The position numbers and the translations under genes were made by a program. From Anaerolineae bacterium (GTDB lineage: Bacteria; Chloroflexota; Anaerolineae; S140-20), in assembly GCA_034435435.1 (NCBI GenBank), contig DAOTXN010000147.1, positions 1 through 44,704 on the forward strand: DNA of 44,704 bases, given 5' to 3'. This document shows, one piece after another, positions 10,101 through 18,130 of the stretch (position 1 is its first letter; every line of letters starts with the position of its first letter). A model generated the notes under the pieces. It had not been told where the DNA came from. It saw only the letters and a program-made list of their open reading frames with translations, and did not search any database.

Positions 10101-11628
10101 CGAGTCTGTAGTCTGGAGTATCTTGAATCTGGATGGCCCTGATTTCTACACTCTGGCAGAGGATCGCGTCTCGCAACATGAGCTGCTCGGTGGTCATTTT
10201 GTGACTGTGGAAGAAATCCGAGCTGCCATCGGCCTTCAACTGCGCGCGGGGGGGCGTCGGCTCGGGGTGATGTTCGTCAACTTTCGTTCGCCGCATCGCT
10301 TCACCTTCGACGAGATTGCCACTATTCAACTCTTTGCAGATCAGGCGGCGGTAGCGATTTGGAACGCCCGTCTGTTCCAGGCGGAACAGCGGCGAGTCGA
10401 AGAGCTTTCCGGGCTACACACGATCTCCCAGGCTATCGGTTCACTGACCGACATCCAGGAAGTCTATCAGCGGGTGAATGAGAGCATGGCAATGCTGATT
10501 GGCGCAGAGATGTGTGCAGTTCTACTTTACGACGAGGCTGAGAAAACGCTTGTTTGCCAACTACCGATGTACGGCGTGCCTGAAGAGATCGGCAAACAGT
10601 ACCGCATTCCTGTAGACGAGGGGGAAGCTGCAGCTATTTGGATGGTGGACGATCATCTAATCCTCAACGATGTTGGCCAGTCTCCTCTGGTGGCCGAACT
10701 AGGATTAGGTGAGCTTGTCCAGGAAGCCGGTCTGCGCGATACCTTGCTGGTCAAGTTGACAGTGGGAAACCGAGATATTGGAATCGTTCAAGCCTCAAAC
10801 AAGTTGAACGGAACTGTTTTCACACGTGATGACGCCCGGTTGCTGCGCATCTTTGCCAACCAGGCCGCAGCAGTCATAGAAAATGCGGGGTTGTACGAGG
10901 ACTTGAAAAAAACCAGAGGGCTTGTAGAGGCAAGGACTGTCCTCGCCTGGATGGGAATGGATAGTAGCTCTTCGCGCCATGCCATCAATAATCATGCCCG
11001 AACTATTCGAGAACAAATCCAATTGTTGCACGGGGATTTGAAAAAGGTACGTATGGTAAAACAACGCTCCAGAGTAGCCGATCGACTTTCGATGATAGAG
11101 CGACTCGCAACCAAAATCCTGGAGAAACCGATTACCCCTCCACTGTCAACGGAAGAAGGCATGGACTTGGTGCCCGTCAACGCATTGATCGGCGAACGCG
11201 CCAGACAACTGTGGCAAAGTGATCCCTATAAGAGAGTAACACTTCGGTTGGATCTGTGTTTGGCTGACACCGCTACCGTGTGGGCAAGCCCTGAATGGCT
11301 GCGGAGAGCGTTTGACATTCTGGTCGACAACGCTGTGGATGCCGTCGCTGATTGTGAGAAAAAAGAGGTCACTATCGGTACTCGCATGGCTGGTGGAGGA
11401 GTAGAAATCTTTGTATCAGACACCGGTCCAGGAATTCCTCAAGAGATACAAGCTCGAATCGGTCTGAGGTTGATCAAGCCGGAAGATGCAAAAGGTCTAG
11501 GTATGGGTCTTTTAATAGCCCAGGCCATTGCCCAGACTTACGGGGGTGAAATCCGGGTGCTGTCCTCCAGCCCTTCAGGTGCCACTGTCGCCATCTGGTT
11601 GCCGCCTAGAGTAATAGCCCCAGAATGA
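7129..11628 (+). CDS. Giant (1499 aa) hybrid sensor histidine kinase: N-terminal REC, multiple GAF domains, a PAS domain, and C-terminal HisKA/HATPase
   Basis: REC: RVLLIDDEKSLREPLEKFLEG...VALIDEVLLEGPDGIE. PAS: ENAFDAVVAIDRNKRITVFNQRAEEMFGRTAEEMSGRTVARLH. Repeated GAF-like blocks (e.g. GIAGWVFQNRQPAVVDDAFQDPRY). ATP-binding: VSDTGPGIPQEIQARIG...GLGMGLLIAQAIAQTYGGEIRV. Start codon lies in a GATGAGC x3 tandem repeat. Confidence 0.75.
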   Translation: MSDERLRVLLIDDEKSLREPLEKFLEGNFGYWVDAVASGEEGLRQVQEAHGQYDVALIDEVLLEGPDGIETMQQIKALYPNVEVIIFTGWGPESKQRAIRAGAFRYLEKPVNNDELAMLIRTAAQQVRLRDIGRAILAEREPDQVLASIGRAACSLALADDAAIVLLDPATGKLRVYSNTYAAEQQWQKHFQDQNLSREIIRTGQVVQVPDTAQDERVNPQVAQTGIRSFVGLPIPGEGGNLGALYVYSQKPMRFEEWGTVAVLQTLAGQAGLAITNAQAFHQVRAHACYMEALVQAGQGLTKATHLEEQLALAWGFVREQLEVSTFFVGLFDREADVLTFPLAYDEGQPIEIPERILGGDPKEWGAAGYVVKTGQELYWPTQESSKAHCLSLGIKGIQIGKPCQSCFYLPLKAGNQVTGVVSIQSYSSYAFTPILLDACRALGSQLSEALENRRLFSELVETKEWREALIENAFDAVVAIDRNKRITVFNQRAEEMFGRTAEEMSGRTVARLHVDVSKAQEIFDIVDKEGAISGWKVELKHRDDTPIPALLSATLIRDSGGRPIGQAGFMRDLRKVNLLEERQQALMQVSQTITSTLELDTVLERVIQAAVAAFPAAQAGAIHLYDERSGDLCLRANTFGYSPSAAEALCFKAGEGIAGWVFQNRQPAVVDDAFQDPRYKWIEHPEVSAHRSMVCVPLEVRGQVIGALSLNTVDSAGVFHADDLGLLTTFADQAAIAIDNARRMHELEQMRRAAEAMARVFEPPQALQQIARSARQVLEADSSAIWSYDQVLDQFIPEELVAVGIPPDELERFRQEEPKPGRTADTVMQRGYIAVQDISQPEYEFLGQPTRRLLNRIGVRCFQGIALRVGEESLGVLYVNYKHTKTLGEEEEATLRTFASHAALALKNARLLTQMERTRRATEVIARVTVQEDLHHTLTTIAQHTRRVLSSDAVNIYEFDEDAGQFGEWTAEIVDARDPGSVRPADQLTRESVVWSILNLDGPDFYTLAEDRVSQHELLGGHFVTVEEIRAAIGLQLRAGGRRLGVMFVNFRSPHRFTFDEIATIQLFADQAAVAIWNARLFQAEQRRVEELSGLHTISQAIGSLTDIQEVYQRVNESMAMLIGAEMCAVLLYDEAEKTLVCQLPMYGVPEEIGKQYRIPVDEGEAAAIWMVDDHLILNDVGQSPLVAELGLGELVQEAGLRDTLLVKLTVGNRDIGIVQASNKLNGTVFTRDDARLLRIFANQAAAVIENAGLYEDLKKTRGLVEARTVLAWMGMDSSSSRHAINNHARTIREQIQLLHGDLKKVRMVKQRSRVADRLSMIERLATKILEKPITPPLSTEEGMDLVPVNALIGERARQLWQSDPYKRVTLRLDLCLADTATVWASPEWLRRAFDILVDNAVDAVADCEKKEVTIGTRMAGGGVEIFVSDTGPGIPQEIQARIGLRLIKPEDAKGLGMGLLIAQAIAQTYGGEIRVLSSSPSGATVAIWLPPRVIAPE

Positions 11629-12020
11629 GGGTGATAATAGTGAGCAAATCCTTCCTGCTAGTCAGCGAGAGATCAGATACACACTGGCCCCTCGTTTTGC
11701 GCCAGGCGTTGACCCCTCTCGGGAAATTGCACATCGTGTCAGAAGAAAAGGCGTTACAAATAGTGGCTCAGAGCTATTACGACGCAATCATAGTCGATGC
11801 AGGAGCAGTCACTGATGCAATTGCAATAGTCTCGCGCTTGCGTGCGCAACAGTCTAAAGCGCGTATCATCGTCGCCACCGCGTCTCCCACCTGGACAAGG
11901 GCACGAGAGGCCCTGCACGCAGGTGCAGTTGATTATGTCCGTAAATCATTGGATGAAAAAGAGCTTCGTTCTGCAATCGAAGCGGTGTTGGAGCTTCCAC
12001 TACCGCCGGCGCAACATTGA
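11625..12020 (+). CDS. Degenerate (pseudo-)receiver domain protein, 131 aa
   Basis: REC-like fold with the phospho-acceptor Asp context (YDAIIVDAG), T (IIVATAS) and K (VDYVRKS). It lacks the N-terminal acidic pair (RVIIVSKSF instead of ..DD..). ATGA overlap with the upstream kinase gene. Confidence 0.5.
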   Translation: MRVIIVSKSFLLVSERSDTHWPLVLRQALTPLGKLHIVSEEKALQIVAQSYYDAIIVDAGAVTDAIAIVSRLRAQQSKARIIVATASPTWTRAREALHAGAVDYVRKSLDEKELRSAIEAVLELPLPPAQH

Positions 12021-12034
12021 AATGGAGATGGCAG

Positions 12035-12733
12035 ATGGCGACAGCAACTCTTCTTTTCGCTGACAATGACCCAGATTTCCTCAAAACCCGATCCGAGTTT
12101 CTTGAGCAAGAGGGCTATCAAGTGATCCAGGCGGGCAATCCTGCTGAAGCGCGAAGACTGCTCGAAAAAGGTGGGATAGACCTGGCAATTTTGGACATCC
12201 GGCTGCGGGACGATGACGACGAAAAAGACACCAGTGGTCTCACCCTGGCAAATGAAGTGACTCCTTCGATACCTAAGATCATTCTGACGAGTTTTCCGTC
12301 CGTAGATGCAGTGCGTGAAGCGCTGAGACCTCAATCAGGTGGTTTGTCACTGACTGTGGACTTTGTCAGCAAGAATGAGGGACCAGAGGCATTAATTGCC
12401 GCCGTCAAACGCGCCATAGCCGTACATGTTGACAAGCGACCTAAGCAAGTCGTTTTGAACCTATCGGAGCAGTTGGAGAAAGATTATGAGGAAGCCCGAA
12501 AGCAAGCGATTTTTACTCACCGTGCCAGGCTTGTCCTGATGGTGGTCGGTAGCATAGTTATCATTGGCGGCGTCGTAGGGGTGTTGTTGGGGCAAGCTAC
12601 GGCTGGTGCTTTGGGTACAGTGTCGGGCGTGCTGATAGAAGCATTGGCTGCTCTGTTCTCGAAATTCTCGGAAGAAGCCAATAAGCGGATGGACAAATAC
12701 CACAGAGAGTTGCTCAAACTCTATATGGACTAA
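12035..12733 (+). CDS. Response-regulator receiver domain protein with a C-terminal transmembrane helix and coiled-coil tail
   Basis: REC: LLFADNDPDFLKTRSEFLEQEGYQVIQAGNPAEARRLLEKGGIDLAILDIRLRDDDDEKDTSGLTLANEV. Hydrophobic segment LVLMVVGSIVIIGGVVGVLLG. An alternative TTG start at 12017 would overlap the previous gene's stop. Confidence 0.6.
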   Translation: MATATLLFADNDPDFLKTRSEFLEQEGYQVIQAGNPAEARRLLEKGGIDLAILDIRLRDDDDEKDTSGLTLANEVTPSIPKIILTSFPSVDAVREALRPQSGGLSLTVDFVSKNEGPEALIAAVKRAIAVHVDKRPKQVVLNLSEQLEKDYEEARKQAIFTHRARLVLMVVGSIVIIGGVVGVLLGQATAGALGTVSGVLIEALAALFSKFSEEANKRMDKYHRELLKLYMD

Positions 12734-12765
12734 AAGTGATCCGTCAGAACAATAAAGGGGGAAAT

Positions 12766-14730
12766 ATGTTTGGGGGCCAAGTGTTATTTGTTGACAACGA
12801 TCCCGATTTTCTCGACACCCGCGCCGAGTTCCTGGAAAACGCTGGTTATCGGGTAATGAAAGCATATACACTGGAACAGGCCCGACAGTTGCTGGCAGAT
12901 GCTCGCGTCCATCTAATCATTCTGGACATTCGTATGGTGAATGAAGATGATGAGAAAGACACCAGTGGCCTCACTTTGGCCAAGGATCCGGCTTATCGTC
13001 CGCTGCCCAAGATCATTCTCACCGGCTATCCTAGCTATAAGTATGTGAGAGAAGTCCTGGGGCCTGCACTGGAAGGCTTACCACCCGCAGTGGATTTCCT
13101 GGCCAAAGACGAGGGTCCTGGGGCTATGATTCAGGCCGCAGCGCGCGCCTTTGCCCAGCATGTTCGCCTCAACTGGGACCTGCACATCAACTGGGACCCT
13201 CGAGAACATCTGTCGTTTCTGCACCTGGTCAGCCCGCTCCAACCCGACCTGCCCAATGATACCCTGCTTCAGCGGGCCGACGAGCTGGAAGACCTCTTCC
13301 GGCGCTTGTTCTACGATTACCAGCAGATTCGCATTGGCCGGCTGCTGTGGCACGATCAGGAGCGTTTTTGCCTGCAAGTCCTGGCCCAGTCCTCCCAGGG
13401 AGCGACTGATTCCCGCATCTTGGTTTGTGGGGGACAGGGCTGTGTAGAACGCGATTTGAAACAGGTGCGGGAACTGGCGCCCGAATCGGCCCAGGGGACA
13501 AAACTGGACAGCACAGCCGAGACTATGCATTTCGCGGCGGCGGCTTTTACGCTTCTCGGCGCTGAACTGGAAATCGTGCAGCCACTACGGGACTTGTTTC
13601 AGCATGCTCAGGAACGCCCTCTCAGAACTGCCTTTGACCACTTGCTAAAAGATGTCCTGTTGGCCTGGCATCAGCGTGGGCAAATGGTTGAGCAGCGGCG
13701 CGACCTGATGACACTCTATCGTCTTCAGGTAGGGTTGGAGGAAAATGGCTTTCCTCACGCAGAGGTGGAGCGTCGGGTAGAGGCTCTGATCCAGATGGTG
13801 CGCCCCTTGAGCGCCGTGGAGATCGAGCGCGGCGATGGAGTGGTTACCTTTCACTTCCCCAACCAGCCGCCGCTAGTCTGCCCGGACCCCGTGGCGGCTG
13901 CCTACGCGCACCTGGCAAGCTATGACAAACCGATTGTGTGCAAGGTTTCGCCCGGTCAGCTCACGGCTGACAATGTGCTGGTGGACGCGAAGCAACGAGT
14001 CTGGCTGACTGATTTTCGCCACTCGGGTCAGGTCCCCCAGTGGTGGAATTTTGTCTGCCTGGAGGCGATGGTCCGTTTTGACCTGAGTCAGGCTCCCGAC
14101 TTGTTGGCCTGGCAAGAGTTTGAGGAGTGTCTGGTTACGCCGACCCAACTCCACGACCGGCTGCAGATACAAGATGTCATCAGCGATCTGCGCTCGAACT
14201 TGGTTTTGATTGAGCAAATCCGACGTCAGGCAGGAAGCGAAGCGGGACCTGATCCATTACCCTATTATGCTGGTCTGTTGATATGGACTGTGGGGGCCAT
14301 TGCGGATCACGATCCGTCAGTTCTCTATACCCAGGCCGAACGCATGCGCGGTGCCCAACTGCTTCTGGCGGCTGCCGTGCTTACACAAAGGTTGGGTAAG
14401 ACTTTTTCCGCACATCAAGCAGGCCAGAGACTGCGCCTGGAAGGCGATGGCGCTGTGTGGATTGGGGATCGGTGCGTCGGTGAGTTGGGCGGGCAAGAGT
14501 TGGAACTACTCCGTTGCCTGTATGAACGGACCAACCAACCGGTGACTCGCGAGGTGATTGTAAAATCGGCGTTCAAAGAACCTTACAGGATAGGTGATGA
14601 CCAGATGGAAAGCCGCATCAATTCGCTGGTCAGGCGACTGCGAGTTAAGATTGAGCCTGACCCGAACCGACCGCGCTACGTTGTCACAGTCAGGGGAAAG
14701 GGGCTTCGCTTGGAGACGGAAGGCAAGTAA
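12766..14730 (+). CDS. Response regulator with an N-terminal REC, a central protein-kinase-like/aminoglycoside-phosphotransferase-like domain and a C-terminal OmpR/PhoB-type winged-helix DNA-binding domain
   Basis: REC is a paralog of the previous gene's REC (VLFVDNDPDFLDTRAEFLENAGYRVM...LIILDIRMVNEDDEKDTSGLTLAKD). Central motif LTADNVLVDAKQRVWLTDFRHSG resembles a kinase catalytic loop plus DFG. C-terminal LELLRCLYERTNQPVTREVIVKSAF...RINSLVRRLRVKIEPDPNRPRYVVTVRGKGLRL matches trans_reg_C. ATG 12766 is preceded by AAGGGGGAA. Confidence 0.6.
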   Translation: MFGGQVLFVDNDPDFLDTRAEFLENAGYRVMKAYTLEQARQLLADARVHLIILDIRMVNEDDEKDTSGLTLAKDPAYRPLPKIILTGYPSYKYVREVLGPALEGLPPAVDFLAKDEGPGAMIQAAARAFAQHVRLNWDLHINWDPREHLSFLHLVSPLQPDLPNDTLLQRADELEDLFRRLFYDYQQIRIGRLLWHDQERFCLQVLAQSSQGATDSRILVCGGQGCVERDLKQVRELAPESAQGTKLDSTAETMHFAAAAFTLLGAELEIVQPLRDLFQHAQERPLRTAFDHLLKDVLLAWHQRGQMVEQRRDLMTLYRLQVGLEENGFPHAEVERRVEALIQMVRPLSAVEIERGDGVVTFHFPNQPPLVCPDPVAAAYAHLASYDKPIVCKVSPGQLTADNVLVDAKQRVWLTDFRHSGQVPQWWNFVCLEAMVRFDLSQAPDLLAWQEFEECLVTPTQLHDRLQIQDVISDLRSNLVLIEQIRRQAGSEAGPDPLPYYAGLLIWTVGAIADHDPSVLYTQAERMRGAQLLLAAAVLTQRLGKTFSAHQAGQRLRLEGDGAVWIGDRCVGELGGQELELLRCLYERTNQPVTREVIVKSAFKEPYRIGDDQMESRINSLVRRLRVKIEPDPNRPRYVVTVRGKGLRLETEGK

Positions 14731-14844
14731 TCTGGAAAAGCAGGAGAATCATCTTGTTGTGCGCCATTTGTCACATAGGTGAGCAATAATGTCAGAATGA
14801 GGTGATGTCGCCCCACTACTGAATAAATGTGTTGTGCGATAACT

Positions 14845-14873
14845 GAGAGCCGGCTATCACATAGCCGGCTCTC
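14845..14873. terminator. Perfect 13-bp-stem palindrome GAGAGCCGGCTAT-cac-ATAGCCGGCTCTC in the intergenic region. Possible terminator or protein-binding palindrome.
   Basis: Read directly from the sequence. No T-tract follows, so it may be a bidirectional or factor-dependent element, or an operator. Confidence 0.4.
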
Positions 14874-14979
14874 AAGTTGTGCTAGACTCAGAGTGAAAAT
14901 GCCAAGACCCCCACCACTTTAACAAGATTCGGAACCCAATTCGCCAAGTTGGTTCGTAGGATGTGAAGGAGGTGAAACT

Positions 14980-16389
14980 ATGAACGAGACAAGTTTTGAA
15001 CCTTCTGTAGGGATAGAAGATGGTCAGACCGCGCTGTGGTCGTCAAACGGCTCCAACTCTAACCCTTTGATTTCCCCCCCGGAGCAATTTTTTATTCTCC
15101 CCATCATCGGCAAGATACTGAATGTCCCGGCGGGCAGGTGCGCTGTTCTTACCTTCCGCGAGGGCCGGCGAAAGGTATTCACCGAGGGGATGCACGTGCT
15201 AGATCGAAACATCCCCTGGGGCGTCGGCCTGATCCGTTATGTGGATGTGCGACAACATAGCACTTCAATCCCATTCACCCAGGCTTTGTGCAGGGATGGC
15301 TGGCGCGGAGGTCTGGCGATCGAAGTTTGCTGGCGTGTGGGCGATGCGGCTCTCATTGTGGACATCGCCAATCCCGTTGGCGATCTCGTCATCGCGGCCA
15401 GGGCGAGCGTGCGCGCCATTATTGAAACGACGCCCCATGATACGCTTTTTGGCGGCATAGACGCAAGCGTTGTGGGTGCCGACTCCTTGGGCGACACCGT
15501 GGCCGCCAAACTGAAGGCGAACCCAGCCGTTCGCGGCATCGAGATCCTGCGCGTGCTCATCACCGAGCGTCGGGGTGACGAACGCCGCATCCAGATCGTC
15601 CAGACGGCCACCATTGAACGGACACGTGTCAGCAGCGATATGACGCTGGTATCGCAACAGATGGACCTGGAGCGCCAAAATCAAGCCCTGGTCGTGCTAC
15701 GGGCAGAGACTGAGCGCAAGCGGATTGAGGAAGAAAACAAAGTGCGCATTCAGCAAGCAGACATTGAGGCCGAGGTGATGAGGCGTCTCATTCAGACCAA
15801 ATGGCAGCAAGTTCAGCTCGATCAAGCGGCTGCGATTTACCAGCAACGCCACGAGCAGGTCCTTAAGACCATCGATGCTCACGCATTGGTGCTCAGCAAG
15901 GCCGCTGAACTGGGGCAACTCGAGGCATTTGGAGTCTCTTCCCGTCGCCGACCAGAATTCGCGGTTGGCGGTCTGGAAGCTACTTTGAATCAGGGACTTC
16001 ACAACTTGCAACGGATGCTCCAGGTACCATCGTTGATCCCTGCCCCTGGACAGATCGCGCAGCCCGACGACCGAAAGGCTCTGCGTATGCGTCTTATGAC
16101 CGAAGTAGATGAACTCTCTGACCTCGCGGACGTTGGGCAATGCTCCTTGGGTTTCGGAAGAGACGGAGAACAAGACCACGTGGTCGTTCAGGTGGGCAAT
16201 CGCACTGTGGACGTCGCCTGCTACCCTGGTTATCCTCAGGTGCCACCAGAAGTGCGTTGGGCCGACAACGGTCAGCAAAAAGCGTCCATCCGCTGGTCTG
16301 AGGATATGTCCTTGAAACACCTGGTAGCGATGCTCCAGGAAGACGTTGACGGGCAGACCTGCACATCTGGGCCGGTCTCTGAACCGTGA
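14980..16389 (+). CDS. SPFH/band-7 (flotillin-like) domain protein with a long coiled-coil C-terminal region
   Basis: SPFH-like core (VPAGRCAVLTFREGRRKVF...VGDAALIVDIANPVGDL...RGIEILRVLITE) followed by a heptad-rich coiled coil (ERQNQALVVLRAETERKRIEEENKVRIQQADIEAEVMRRL). Strong RBS GAAGGAGGTGAAACTATG. Confidence 0.5.
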   Translation: MNETSFEPSVGIEDGQTALWSSNGSNSNPLISPPEQFFILPIIGKILNVPAGRCAVLTFREGRRKVFTEGMHVLDRNIPWGVGLIRYVDVRQHSTSIPFTQALCRDGWRGGLAIEVCWRVGDAALIVDIANPVGDLVIAARASVRAIIETTPHDTLFGGIDASVVGADSLGDTVAAKLKANPAVRGIEILRVLITERRGDERRIQIVQTATIERTRVSSDMTLVSQQMDLERQNQALVVLRAETERKRIEEENKVRIQQADIEAEVMRRLIQTKWQQVQLDQAAAIYQQRHEQVLKTIDAHALVLSKAAELGQLEAFGVSSRRRPEFAVGGLEATLNQGLHNLQRMLQVPSLIPAPGQIAQPDDRKALRMRLMTEVDELSDLADVGQCSLGFGRDGEQDHVVVQVGNRTVDVACYPGYPQVPPEVRWADNGQQKASIRWSEDMSLKHLVAMLQEDVDGQTCTSGPVSEP

Positions 16390-16413
16390 CGTGAAGCCGA
16401 TCAAGCGAATATC

Positions 16414-16453
16414 CAGGCACTTGCCCAAGCTTGAGCTTCTGGCAAGTGCCTGG
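16414..16453 (+). terminator. Hairpin CCAGGCACTTGCC-(14 nt loop containing AAGCTTGAGCTT)-GGCAAGTGCCTGG, 24 bp after the SPFH gene stop
   Basis: 13-bp perfect inverted repeat seen in the sequence, followed by CATCTTGG. Candidate intrinsic terminator. Confidence 0.45.
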
Positions 16454-16480
16454 GCATCTTGGTAAATACAGAGGTGGGCC

Positions 16481-17680
16481 ATGAAACAGATGATACCTTT
16501 TATTCACACCATCCACTGTCTTGACACGCTTGTAGAATCCGGTATGTTTGATCCCTTTGGAATCGTCTACGAGCACGTGGCAGGCTATCACGCGCTCTTT
16601 GCCGCTCAAGTTGTCCTCGAGCCATACGAGGTCGTCGCGCGGAGAAAACTGGGCTGGGTAGAGAGGGATCTGCTCGATGAGATTTTGGACCGCCAGGGGC
16701 GTTTTATTGCGAGTTTGCACTTTATGGACTCCCAGTCTGCCAGCCCAGACCCTAATCTGAGAACGGTGGCGCTGCGTTACATCGCTTACCCAGACACCAG
16801 ACAGGTGGACGTGATTTTGATGGGCAAGGCTTTTGCTCCAGGACTGGACCAGGCACGGGCTGCAGCACTGGGATGGTATGAAGAGATCAACGCGTTGCTT
16901 TCCCCTGACTACCGGCTTGTGCCACTCTGCTCACAGACAGAATTTGTGACCCGCTCTGGGCAGCAGTTGCTGGAAGAGGTTTCAAAACCCGAGGAAATGG
17001 CCGAGATCAGGCGTTTTGAGATGTTCCTTCCCAGACCTGTGGAAAAGGACGTAAGAGAAACGCATTATCTGGTCTACCCTTTTGCGTGGCATCGGAACGG
17101 CATGGAGCAAGTCTGGCAAGTTATGGCATCATTATCAGTTCCCACAGCCGTCAGCGTACTTTTGCGACCGGCATACTTGTACGAGGCCGAAGAGCTTCAT
17201 CTGACCCGTTTCTACGAGGCAGCAAAAAAGTTGACCGAATCCGGTCGTGCGACGGATCGCTTGTTGGGAGAACAAGCTCTCCAAATATACACGAATTATC
17301 TCTTCTCTTGGCGACAACCTTACCTTGTGCGGGTACAGTTGGCCGTGCCACGTGGCGTGCCTCGGACTCTGGCCCGCGCGGCAGGTTGCGCAATCTCCTA
17401 TAGCTCTAATACGGGTGGCGGAACAGGCTTTTCTTTTCCCGGTTACGAGTTCATTGTGCCTGAAGAACAGGAGTGCGAGACAGCGCGAGACAACGTATGC
17501 ATGTTAGAGATGGATAACTGGGGCTGCGACCAAGCCGCACCTCCCTATCGGCGGTTCCGTCACCTTTCGGACGTCAAAGGTGTTCAGTCTGTCTTCCGTC
17601 TTCCACATGTGCCAAAGGCGGGAATGCCTGGAGCTGCGTTTGACATCTCCACTGACGCTTCCATCGCCAGTTCGATCTAA
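16481..17680 (+). CDS. Hypothetical protein, 399 aa, no recognisable domain
   Basis: Clean ORF with an RBS (GAGGTGGGCCATG). No motif I can assign. Sits between the SPFH gene and the integrase remnant. Confidence 0.45.
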   Translation: MKQMIPFIHTIHCLDTLVESGMFDPFGIVYEHVAGYHALFAAQVVLEPYEVVARRKLGWVERDLLDEILDRQGRFIASLHFMDSQSASPDPNLRTVALRYIAYPDTRQVDVILMGKAFAPGLDQARAAALGWYEEINALLSPDYRLVPLCSQTEFVTRSGQQLLEEVSKPEEMAEIRRFEMFLPRPVEKDVRETHYLVYPFAWHRNGMEQVWQVMASLSVPTAVSVLLRPAYLYEAEELHLTRFYEAAKKLTESGRATDRLLGEQALQIYTNYLFSWRQPYLVRVQLAVPRGVPRTLARAAGCAISYSSNTGGGTGFSFPGYEFIVPEEQECETARDNVCMLEMDNWGCDQAAPPYRRFRHLSDVKGVQSVFRLPHVPKAGMPGAAFDISTDASIASSI

Positions 17681-17850
17681 CGAGCCTCTGTACGCCGGCC
17701 GCTTGGTCTGAACAATCCTGCGCCGTTTCTGCGCGGTCACCATTACAGGCAATCCAAAAACTGCTGATACCCCGGGCATCTTGGACGTAGATCATGCCAG
17801 CTATTGCCTGCATCAGGTGGTCACTGTGAGTTCGGATACTTTGTTACCCT

Positions 17851-18096
17851 CTACTCCCCAACAATCTTTTCCACCTCCCGCTGGAGCTCCCTATCCGACG
17901 GCGTCGTGTAGATGGTCGTCGTGTCCAACTTTTCGTGACCCAGGATAGCGGCTATCCGGTCCAGGCTCGCGCCGGCCTCGACCAGGTTGTGCCCACACGT
18001 GTGCCGCAGGAAGCCGTGCTTTCCTGGCATACCTGACGACCAGCTGATGCGCAGAGCGTGTCGACGGGCCGGTGCTTTCCTCACCATGTCCCGCAA
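17851..18096 (-). pseudogene. C-terminal fragment of a tyrosine recombinase (integrase remnant)
   Basis: The 81-aa ORF carries the catalytic C-terminal box LRHTCGHNLVEAGASLDRIAAILGHEKLDTTTIYT (R..H..H....Y) but no N-terminal or core domain. About 50% identical to the equivalent part of the adjacent intact integrase. Confidence 0.55.
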
Positions 18097-18130
18097 AAAG
18101 CCGGTCGCCTCATCGAGGATGGAGTGTTTT

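Noticed and set aside
12017-12034. TTG start for the REC-TM gene giving an ATGA-type overlap with the preceding gene
   Set aside because: Possible but not needed. An in-frame ATG at 12035 (MATATLLFADND) gives a conventional start, so TTG initiation was not asserted.
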